This document shows positions 56,252-64,000 of a stretch of DNA of 64,000 bases, piece by piece. Position 1 is the stretch's first letter; every line of letters begins with the position of its first letter. The stretch covers positions 38,220 to 102,219 of the forward strand of contig DAIDHP010000007.1 in the NCBI GenBank assembly GCA_027459625.1, read 5' to 3'. The DNA is from Chthonomonadales bacterium. Its GTDB lineage: Bacteria > Armatimonadota > Chthonomonadetes > Chthonomonadales > CAJBBX01. The notes under the pieces are model-generated. The model ran no database searches. It was not told the origin of the DNA and saw only the letters and a list, made by a program, of their open reading frames with translations. A program made the position numbers and the translations under genes.

Positions 56252-56542
56252 AAATTAGACCTCCTTAATAAAGCGGTCGCTTCATGAAATAAAATGATAA
56301 ACTTAGGCGGCGAACATACGGGGGCTCAACGCATTCTTCGCGTGAAGAGATACGCACGAGAATATGAATGCTGTACGTCAGCCAACACGTTATACGCAAA
56401 ATCCATATGGAAATATCACAGTCAAAACACATTAAGCTCGAATAAGTATAGCTTTGTAAAATCTTTCCTGTCAATTCGTCTTGCAAAGGTATGCGATGGG
56501 AATCATTGGGTGTAAGATCGGGCGGTGCATCCTGTTAACAGA

Positions 56543-56571
56543 TTGCGGGAGTTAGGACGGTATGCTATAAT
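56543..56571 (+). promoter_or_regulatory. candidate promoter of efp with extended -10
   Basis: TTGCGG (56543-56548), 17 nt, TGCTATAAT (extended -10; TATAAT at 56566-56571). Confidence 0.45.
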
Positions 56572-56642
56572 AGGGATGCATGCGTCAGGAACATTGTTTC
56601 CGGCGCACATTTGTATGTATTAACTTGGAGGTGAATTGCGTT

Positions 56643-57203
56643 TTGATAGACACCAGTGATTTTCGGAATGGTTTGTCAATCATTCAGGACAACGATATCT
56701 ACACCATCGTGGAGTTTCAGCATGTCAAGCCGGGAAAAGGCGGTGCGTTTGTCCGCACGAAACTGAAAAATGTTAAATCCGGATCCGTGATTGACAAGAC
56801 ATTCCGCGCCGGTGAGAAGATGGAGCAGGCGCGATTGGAACGTCGGGTGATGCAATTTCTGTATCAACTCGAAGGCGAATACTACTTGATGGACAAGGAC
56901 ACCTTTGAGCAGATATCGGTGAAGAAAGAGCTTATCGGGGATCCTGTCAAGTATCTGAAAGACGGCATGGAGGTGACGGTGATGGATCATAACGGGGACA
57001 TCATCGGCGTGGAGGTGCCTTTTTTTGTGGAATTGGAAGTCACCAGCACCGATCCGGGAGTTCGGGGCGATACGGCGTCGGGAGGTTCCAAACCGGCGGA
57101 ACTCGAGACCGGAGCGGTAATTCAGGTGCCATTCTTCGTCAACATAGGTGACAAGGTCAAAGTCGACACTCGCAGCGACACCTATTTGGAGCGGGTTAAA
57201 TAG
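56643..57203 (+). CDS. efp: translation elongation factor P
   Basis: LIDTSDFRNGLSI... and VKPGKGGAFVRTKLKN with the conserved modified Lys. I place the start at TTG 56643 (GGAGGTG SD 9 nt upstream), giving 186 aa. The track ORF starts at 56580. Confidence 0.9.
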   Translation: MIDTSDFRNGLSIIQDNDIYTIVEFQHVKPGKGGAFVRTKLKNVKSGSVIDKTFRAGEKMEQARLERRVMQFLYQLEGEYYLMDKDTFEQISVKKELIGDPVKYLKDGMEVTVMDHNGDIIGVEVPFFVELEVTSTDPGVRGDTASGGSKPAELETGAVIQVPFFVNIGDKVKVDTRSDTYLERVK

Positions 57204-57241
57204 CGAGAGCCTGATACTCACCCCATGGAGGGCAGATTACT

Positions 57242-58456
57242 TTGCAGATAAGCCATAACTCACCTAGCGGTCCTTCCACCGATCGATTTATACGGATACT
57301 TTTGGATTGGGCGCGTCGGATATTTCAACTTTCCGCCCTCGCCGCCGTCGTTCTCTTCGGTTACCTGCTTTACGGCTTGATCCTTGGCGATGTGGGGAAC
57401 TGGAGTTCGATGGGACATGCGGATAGGGTGCGGATCGCCGGCAATATTCAATCGGCGATTATGTATCTGAACATCGCACTGTCCGTTCTTATACTGACCG
57501 CCTGCGCGTTGTATTACGATGATGAGGTTGTTGGCTATCTGATGCTGGGAGGTGCGGTGGCGTTATTTTACGGCGTCCCGTTCCTCTTTCAGTTTTTAAT
57601 GAGCGATCAGATTCATCTTTGGGAGCAGAGCAACAACACCGCCGCCCTTGCCATATACAATGAATTCCATATCGCCGCCCTCATTATGGGGGTTCCCGGC
57701 ATTCTTCTCACTCTGAGGGATATCCTTTTGCGCATCCTTATGGGGGTCACCATCCGTCAGGAGCAAAGGAAAAACATGAAATACGGCGGAGCGGTGAAGG
57801 TGGAGAAACCTCCGTCGGGCGCACTGATTGGCGTGTTTGCCAAATGCTGGCAACTGCCCTATTGCCGATCAAGTTTCAGGGTGCATTGTCCCATCTATTT
57901 GGAACGCACAAAATGCTGGAGGGAGCGTGTCGGATGCATGTGTGAGGAGACAGTCATTCGAAAGTCGATGGACGCCATCATTCATCGGGAGGAGATCATT
58001 AAGATCGATGACGAGGATGAGAAATCGCCGAAGGAATCGACGCCGGTAATCCAAGAATCCGCTCCAAAAGGCGGACAAAGGCATGTCCGCATTCCGCATA
58101 ACCCTAACTTGCCAATGTCGTTGAAAATTGAGCGATGCCGAAACTGCGTGATCTATAACGAGCACCAGAGATTGAAATATCAGCTGCTGGCGCCTATTTT
58201 CACGGTAATGCCGCTCCTGTTGACAATCTGGAAATTCAATGACTTCATGACGGTTTTAAACACTTTCATGCGATCCATAGACAACGCCATGTCACACTTG
58301 GCGTTGGTGCAGAACCCCCATCAGACCACCATTGCGCAGAGCTTGATCAGCAGTGATACGATCGCGGAGTATCTTATTGTGGCTTGCGTGGTGATATTCA
58401 TCACAACACTTTGGCTTAGATTGCTTGAGTATTGTATTTTCAAATTAATGATATAG
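57242..58456 (+). CDS. polytopic membrane protein with central Cys-rich domain, unknown function
   Basis: 404 aa with about 4 N-terminal and 2-3 C-terminal TM helices. The central cluster is CWQLPYCRSSFRVHCPIYLERTKCWRERVGCMC plus CRNC. TTG start with a GGAGGG SD. Confidence 0.6.
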   Translation: MQISHNSPSGPSTDRFIRILLDWARRIFQLSALAAVVLFGYLLYGLILGDVGNWSSMGHADRVRIAGNIQSAIMYLNIALSVLILTACALYYDDEVVGYLMLGGAVALFYGVPFLFQFLMSDQIHLWEQSNNTAALAIYNEFHIAALIMGVPGILLTLRDILLRILMGVTIRQEQRKNMKYGGAVKVEKPPSGALIGVFAKCWQLPYCRSSFRVHCPIYLERTKCWRERVGCMCEETVIRKSMDAIIHREEIIKIDDEDEKSPKESTPVIQESAPKGGQRHVRIPHNPNLPMSLKIERCRNCVIYNEHQRLKYQLLAPIFTVMPLLLTIWKFNDFMTVLNTFMRSIDNAMSHLALVQNPHQTTIAQSLISSDTIAEYLIVACVVIFITTLWLRLLEYCIFKLMI

Positions 58457-58515
58457 ACGCATATCCGAATAATAACCCTCTAGGAATAGAGGATACGATA
58501 AATGAAAAGGCGCAA

Positions 58516-58974
58516 ATGAAGGAATCATTGATAGTTGAAGTGGAGCGGCTGGTAGCTTTGGTGGAAAGCCATAAAATTAGCGAAATCACCATCCGCAATG
58601 ATCTGACACGAGTGACGGTGCGCAAATCCCCGCCCGGTAGTTCCGTTCAGAGGAGCACCGAATTGAATGCGGCGCTCCCATCAACCGGCGCTGACATCGT
58701 CATAGCGCCGGTCAGAGCTGTATCCGAAACGGAGCAGGCGAGCCGATATACGATCACGGCTCCCATGGTGGGGATATATCACCACGCCGAACCTCCGGTT
58801 AGCATTGGTTCCGTGATACAAAAGGGGCAGGTGGTCGGGGTCATCGAAACGATAAAATTAATGAGTGACATCATATCCGATCGCGATGGCGTGTTGGATG
58901 AGATCCATGTGGAGGCGGGGATGCCTGTGGAATACGGTCAGCCTCTTTTCATTATGACGGAAATTCCATCCTGA
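58516..58974 (+). CDS. accB: acetyl-CoA carboxylase biotin carboxyl carrier protein
   Basis: The C-terminal biotinyl domain ITAPMVGIYH...GVIETIKLMSDI carries the biotin Lys in an E-x-x-K-L-M context. It lies directly upstream of accC. Start placed at ATG 58516. Confidence 0.85.
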   Translation: MKESLIVEVERLVALVESHKISEITIRNDLTRVTVRKSPPGSSVQRSTELNAALPSTGADIVIAPVRAVSETEQASRYTITAPMVGIYHHAEPPVSIGSVIQKGQVVGVIETIKLMSDIISDRDGVLDEIHVEAGMPVEYGQPLFIMTEIPS

Positions 58975-59065
58975 ATGGAATACGTTTCTTAGGGGGTGCG
59001 AGCTACTTTCCGCTTAACCCGGCGAACCAACCGCGCAAGCGGAATACACTAACGAACGGATCCTT

Positions 59066-60421
59066 ATGTTTCAAAAAATACTGATAGCAAATAGAGGAGA
59101 GATAGCCGTCCGTATCATTCGAGCATGCAAGGAGATGCGCATCAAAACAGTGGCTGTGCATTCCACTGCGGACTCGCAGTCTCTGCATGTGCGTCTTGCG
59201 GATGAGTCCGTGTGTATCGGTCCTCCATCCAACAAAGAGAGTTATCTCAACGCCCCGAATATTATCGCCGCCGCTCATATTACAGGCGCGGAGGCCATAC
59301 ACCCGGGGTATGGGTATTTAAGCGAGCAATCCACCTTCGCGGAGGCGTGCGAGGCGTGCCATGTGACTTTTATCGGACCTCCGGCGGAAGTGATTGAAAA
59401 GATGGGAGACAAAGCCTCCGCTCGTGAAACGGCGCGGACCGCCGGCGTGCCGATCGTACCTGGGGCGGACGGAATCATTCCCAACGATCAGGAAGCTTTG
59501 AAGGTGGCGCAGAAGGTGGGATATCCCGTATACATTAAGGCTACCGCAGGCGGTGGAGGCACAGGCATTCGCCGCGTGGACACCGATGAGGAATTGCCAA
59601 CAGCTTTTCAAATGGCGAGGGCGGAGTCCGAGGCGGCGTTTGGAAATCCGGAAGTTTATATCGAAAAACTGATAGAGGCGCCGCGACACATAGAGGCTCA
59701 GGTCTTGGCGGATAATTTCGGTCACGTCATTCATTTGGGCGTGCGTGAATGCTCCGTACAGAATATTCGTCACAAGAAGCTTGTGGAGGAGGCGCCGGCG
59801 AGCGCCATTCCGCAAAGCCTGCAAAATAGGATAGGCGAAGCAGCCGTTCGTTTGGCGCAAAAGGTTGGTTATCGCGGAGCGGGCACCGTGGAGTTTCTCG
59901 TTAACTCACGTGGTGAATTCTACTTCATGGAGATGAACACACGATTGCAGGTGGAGCATCCCGTTACGGAGTTGATCACGGGTGTGGATATCGTTAAGGA
60001 GCAGATACGCATCGCGTTCGGGGAGCCATTGTCGGTGACCCAAAAGCAGGTGATGATGAACGGTCATTCGATTGAATGCCGTATTACCTCGGAGGATCCT
60101 GAAAACAATTACGCGCCGAGCGCAGGGAAAATCGAAAGCGTGCACTTTCCAGGCGGGCTGGGAGTTCGCGTGGAGAGCCAAATCTATTCCGGATACGAGA
60201 CTCCTCCTTTTTATGATCCGATGCTCGCAAAACTGATTGTTTGGGCGCCGGATAGGGAGCAGGCGATAGCTCGAATGACCAGGTGTTTGGAGGAGATGGA
60301 GATCACAGGCATCCCAACCAACATATCTCTCCAAAAGCGAATCATCTCCAACCCTTTCTATCGAAAAGGCGAAGTGACAACCGAATTCCTGGCTCGAAGA
60401 GTGATGGAAAACGGATTTTAA
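59066..60421 (+). CDS. accC: acetyl-CoA carboxylase biotin carboxylase subunit
   Basis: 451 aa with MFQKILIANRGEIAVRIIRACKEM and an ATP-grasp core (GGGGTGIRRV, EMNTRLQVEHPVTE). Confidence 0.95.
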   Translation: MFQKILIANRGEIAVRIIRACKEMRIKTVAVHSTADSQSLHVRLADESVCIGPPSNKESYLNAPNIIAAAHITGAEAIHPGYGYLSEQSTFAEACEACHVTFIGPPAEVIEKMGDKASARETARTAGVPIVPGADGIIPNDQEALKVAQKVGYPVYIKATAGGGGTGIRRVDTDEELPTAFQMARAESEAAFGNPEVYIEKLIEAPRHIEAQVLADNFGHVIHLGVRECSVQNIRHKKLVEEAPASAIPQSLQNRIGEAAVRLAQKVGYRGAGTVEFLVNSRGEFYFMEMNTRLQVEHPVTELITGVDIVKEQIRIAFGEPLSVTQKQVMMNGHSIECRITSEDPENNYAPSAGKIESVHFPGGLGVRVESQIYSGYETPPFYDPMLAKLIVWAPDREQAIARMTRCLEEMEITGIPTNISLQKRIISNPFYRKGEVTTEFLARRVMENGF

Positions 60422-60597
60422 GGAGACGCTCGCATTCCACGCCGTAGTCCTGGATGCGAGCGGTCCGTAGGAATATGGATTAATAAAAGAGCAGTGAGAA
60501 CCAATTCGTTGCAATAAATTTACCGGAAACCTTTTATTGAAGACCCCGATCCGAAAATCATATATTTCAGGCTGCACGAGTGCTTGGAGTATGAAAT

Positions 60598-61962
60598 ATG
60601 GTGTTTCAGGAGATGGTTTTCATGCAACAAGTTAGACACACTCTAATTGTAATTTTCTGCAGTCTGTTTATACTTTTCCCCTCGCTCAGGTTAGATGCGC
60701 GTAATTTCCGCGGTACTAAAGCCGCTTGCAGCTTGTTTTATCGTTCCTCGTATGAATCCGACGCCATTCTGAACAGACAATATAACTTAATCAAATTAAA
60801 AAATCCGAGGATGGCTCCAAGCTTTATGGCATATATGAATGGAATGCGCAACATGCGCAATGGCGATTACGCATTGGCCCTATTGAATTTTCGATCCACC
60901 TTGAAGCTTATTCGCTCTCATCGGTCTTGGTTTTTGTATTACTATATTGGAGTGTGCCAATTAGCCATAGGGCGAATACGGCAAGGATACGATACACTCA
61001 TAAAATTGCGGGATGTGAAAAAGTCAAAGACGCAGCAGTTCATATTGTCCATGGAGCTAGGCGCCGCGAGTTTTGATCTTGGAAAATATACGGAATCCGC
61101 CCAATGGTATCTGAAAACGCTTTCGACGGATAAAAACTCGATGAAGTGGGAGATTGACGGATATCCTGGGAATATCAACGATGTCATAGCCGGAGTCACG
61201 CAAATGAAAAGCCTGTCCGATGCGGACAAGGCGAACTTTCTGTTGAATATCGGCCGTCTGTATTTTAGTTTGGGCGAAGGAAAAGAGATGGCAATCGCCG
61301 TTCGAGCCAGCCTGAAATTCAATACCAACAACGGCATTGCCTACGAAATCCTCGGCGGACTGGAGGAAACCAATAATAACCTTAAATTAGCGGAGGAACT
61401 TTGCAAAAAGGCTTTGGCTTTGGATTTTAACGATCCTGCTGCGATGAGCGAGGATTACTCCGAGATCGGAAACATCCAATTGAAACACCATCGGCTTCAG
61501 GATGCCATATCCTGCTTCCGGAAGGCGGTTCAGCTTGACCCAAGCAATCACAGCGCGGCGATGTCGCTGTTGATAACAAGGAAAGCTCTCGGGGATAACG
61601 CTAAAATCGAGTCGAGTGTTGGTCAAATCCGTCATAAAGCCAAGGATATCCTCTACAATGGGATTTGGACGTTTCTCATCTTCCTCATTGGGGAGTCGGT
61701 TATTCTAGTGAGATATGGAGATAAAAAATTAGCGCGAAAGTTTCTGGGCTTATCAGGCGTTTTGATACTGATGCAAGCTCTAATTATACTGTTAATTAAA
61801 TTTGCATCAGAAAGACATGCGTATGGCGAGCATGCGATTATGATTTTCGGGTCGTTATCTCTGCTTTCCGGCATTTTGTTTATAACGTATTATTTATATA
61901 TTGCGATAATTGCTTACAAGTATTTCCACGCCCTTAAATTACGTAATTCTAAAACATCTTAA
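60598..61962 (+). CDS. TPR-repeat protein with C-terminal transmembrane segments
   Basis: 454 aa with an N-terminal signal/anchor. TPR-like helices are present (GDYALALLNFRSTL, AEELCKKALALDFNDP, LQDAISCFRKAVQLDPSN), followed by 3 C-terminal TM helices. Confidence 0.65.
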   Translation: MVFQEMVFMQQVRHTLIVIFCSLFILFPSLRLDARNFRGTKAACSLFYRSSYESDAILNRQYNLIKLKNPRMAPSFMAYMNGMRNMRNGDYALALLNFRSTLKLIRSHRSWFLYYYIGVCQLAIGRIRQGYDTLIKLRDVKKSKTQQFILSMELGAASFDLGKYTESAQWYLKTLSTDKNSMKWEIDGYPGNINDVIAGVTQMKSLSDADKANFLLNIGRLYFSLGEGKEMAIAVRASLKFNTNNGIAYEILGGLEETNNNLKLAEELCKKALALDFNDPAAMSEDYSEIGNIQLKHHRLQDAISCFRKAVQLDPSNHSAAMSLLITRKALGDNAKIESSVGQIRHKAKDILYNGIWTFLIFLIGESVILVRYGDKKLARKFLGLSGVLILMQALIILLIKFASERHAYGEHAIMIFGSLSLLSGILFITYYLYIAIIAYKYFHALKLRNSKTS

Positions 61963-61990
61963 TTCCCAAAAGTTATCGATTTTATATCCA

Positions 61991-62503
61991 ATGTTAACGA
62001 TGAACTTAGATTCCACTCGGTATGTAATAAATAACAAACACAATCGATTGGTTATTTATAAACCTCTTGATAAATATGTGAGTTATCTCTTACGCAAATT
62101 AATTCCTCTTTACACTATACTCATCATTGTTATGATTGTTATTAGCGATCATTTTTACATTAATGATTGGGAGTCATGCCTCCTTACAATTATTGGTTAT
62201 CTGATTATAGAATTTGTATCTCCTAATTCATTAATCAATTCCTATTTATATTTCGATGAGAAAGGAATCTATGTGAATATACAAGGAAATTCTTATTTTA
62301 GAGGATACTTAAAAAAAAAGCGGCCTGACTATCTATACGATGAGATAAGTAAATGGGCGATCATCCGTGAATCGGATCGTTATGTTTTAATTATTTGCGA
62401 TTCGAACAATAACTCCATCACGTTCCCGCTCTATGGAGATTCGATGCGAATTGAGAAAATACGGCGCCTCATATCGGAAAAAATCCCCATCCTCGGTGAA
62501 TAA
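61991..62503 (+). CDS. small membrane protein, unknown function (AT-rich gene)
   Basis: Start moved to ATG 61991 to avoid overlap with the upstream gene. It has two central TM helices and no recognisable motif. Confidence 0.45.
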   Translation: MLTMNLDSTRYVINNKHNRLVIYKPLDKYVSYLLRKLIPLYTILIIVMIVISDHFYINDWESCLLTIIGYLIIEFVSPNSLINSYLYFDEKGIYVNIQGNSYFRGYLKKKRPDYLYDEISKWAIIRESDRYVLIICDSNNNSITFPLYGDSMRIEKIRRLISEKIPILGE

Positions 62504-62582
62504 GTTGATCATAATCCGGTTGTGGAACGCGTGTTTGCCTGGATGTCCTGCATTCACGTCTCTTCAGGACTAAAAATCACCA

Positions 62583-63128
62583 TTAACTGGATGGGTTGAT
62601 GCCGAACACATTGGCGTTATGAGCCCACCATGCCTTCCATGGCTCCTTCAATCGATCCACATAATAGTATTGTATGAGGAGATTAACGCGGGTTGCATTC
62701 ACCTGATAGTTCTTGGTGGATAGGGAATGAATCAACTGAATCTGCTGTTGGTGATCCCGGATGTTATTGAGAATCTGAACCTCTATCTCCGGAGCCAGGA
62801 GAAAGAGCGGGGGGATACGGACCGAGGAATAATATTGTGTGCCGGCGCCGGGAAAATTGTCCATCACCCCTGAACTTTGCACCCACTCGTGAGGATGCTC
62901 GCTATCCAAACCGTGCTGAGGGTCTATGTTCTCCCTGTACCATTCCGTCATGGGGGTATCCCTAATGGTGGTGAAGTTAAATCCGTAAATATGAGTATGA
63001 ATGCGGATGGCACGGCAGAGAACGCACGTTTCCGTATAGCGCTCTTCCTGAGTGAAAAAACCCGAGGCGTATGCGACTGCGGCGAAGAAAATAAGAATGA
63101 CTAAGGTGGATATCGCAATGCGTTTCAT
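62583..63128 (-). CDS. signal-anchored protein, unknown function
   Basis: 181 aa with an N-terminal hydrophobic segment (IAISTLVILIFFAAVAYA). No recognisable motif. Confidence 0.5.
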   Translation of the reverse strand: MKRIAISTLVILIFFAAVAYASGFFTQEERYTETCVLCRAIRIHTHIYGFNFTTIRDTPMTEWYRENIDPQHGLDSEHPHEWVQSSGVMDNFPGAGTQYYSSVRIPPLFLLAPEIEVQILNNIRDHQQQIQLIHSLSTKNYQVNATRVNLLIQYYYVDRLKEPWKAWWAHNANVFGINPSS

Positions 63129-63181
63129 CTGTATGATTCCTTAACCAAGGTACGGCTGGAATAACAATGTTCGTGTCGCGA

Positions 63182-64000
63182 TTAAGGATATCCTTCCAGC
63201 AAAATATCCTCCTTTAACGTTTTCACTTCCAGTTTTTTTAACGTTATGGCGTCTTTCATCCGCTCCACCCCGGCGCCGCCCACCCAGGATGGCGCATCGG
63301 TTCCTCCGACTATCTTCGCGCCAACGAAAAGCATTATTTTGTTTGCAATTTGGCTCGACAGGAATGAGGAGTGTACTTGCGCACCCCCCTCCACCAGCAG
63401 ACTGGTGACCTCTCTTTCGCCCAACTCCCGTAGTAATGCAGGAAGCGACACTCTGCCCGTATTATCGGCATCAAGAGGCAAAATCTTCACCCCTTTGTCC
63501 TGTAAAATGCGAACTTTCTCGTCGTTTACCGGCGCGGTGACGGCGATTATCAGAGGGGTTTGATCCGCAGTGCGAATGAGTGATGATTGCATCGGAATAC
63601 GCAAGTGGCTATCCAATACGATGCGCAATGGTTGGCGCGGATATTGGGATTCCGGACGAGCGGTCAGCATAGGGTCGTCCGCGAGCACGGTTTCCGCGCC
63701 GCAGAGGATGGCTCCGGCTTGCGCCCTTAGCTTGTGAACGAGACCGCGTGTGGATTCCGATGTGATCCATTTGGAATCACCCGTGCGCGTAGCAATCTTG
63801 CCGTCCAAGGTCATGGCGCATTTCAGGATAACGAACGGCTTTCGGTTGACCTGAAAGTGAAGGAACGCTTCATTCAACTTGCGGGATTCACTTTCGCACA
63901 GTCCCACATCCACATGAATTCCCGCTTTTCGCAATACCTCCACCCCTCTCCCGCTTACCTTGGGGTTGGGATCTATCATTGCCACCACCACACGACGGAT
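63182..64000 (-). CDS. ribD: riboflavin biosynthesis protein RibD (deaminase/reductase), C-terminal part; gene runs off the window end
   Basis: The frame is open to position 64000 (IRRVVVAMIDPNPKVSGRGVEVLRKAGI = end of the deaminase domain). The reductase domain follows (KCAMTLDGKIATRTGDSKWITS...LLVEGGAQV). Confidence 0.9.
   Translation of the reverse strand: MRRVVVAMIDPNPKVSGRGVEVLRKAGIHVDVGLCESESRKLNEAFLHFQVNRKPFVILKCAMTLDGKIATRTGDSKWITSESTRGLVHKLRAQAGAILCGAETVLADDPMLTARPESQYPRQPLRIVLDSHLRIPMQSSLIRTADQTPLIIAVTAPVNDEKVRILQDKGVKILPLDADNTGRVSLPALLRELGEREVTSLLVEGGAQVHSSFLSSQIANKIMLFVGAKIVGGTDAPSWVGGAGVERMKDAITLKKLEVKTLKEDILLEGYP

Overview
64-kb chromosomal window from a moderately GC-rich bacterium. 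DUF1559/H-X9-DG prepilin-like proteins, a PEP-CTERM protein and many secreted glycoside hydrolases suggest an Armatimonadota/PVC-type lineage (inference only). Left part, minus strand: the head of the dcw cell-division cluster (murE<-ftsI<-ftsL-like<-rsmH<-mraZ) preceded by a divergent FtsZ-fold paralog, then pyrG, an LTXXQ periplasmic protein, polA, rpsA and coaE. Middle (about 16.2-33.4 kb): a surface-glycan locus with a pseG-like gene, a membrane-anchored WD40 protein, a Wzx-type flippase, five glycosyltransferases, a DegT aminotransferase, a hexapeptide acetyltransferase, a WecF-like GT56 and two acyltransferase-3 genes. Most of this locus is conspicuously AT-rich, and it carries a 1.43-kb IS with perfect 18-bp terminal inverted repeats and a decayed transposase. 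Right part: GH57, a HEPN/MNT toxin-antitoxin pair, tsaD-rimI, a CAZyme group (GH127-like, a secreted nucleoside-hydrolase-fold multidomain protein, an Asp-box propeller), a DUF234-type ATPase, an ABC-2 operon, efp, accB-accC and ribD. I found no rRNA, tRNA or CRISPR array. Most notable observations: the FtsZ paralog with eroded GTPase loops; an 860-bp ORF-free gap with stacked hairpins; a MITE family sharing the IS termini; a duplicated non-coding element upstream of both acyltransferases; tandem repeats next to the TA pair; a 15-bp periodic repeat array; and a Cys-rich membrane protein wedged between efp and accB. All calls come from reading the sequence and ORF translations by eye. No database search was run.
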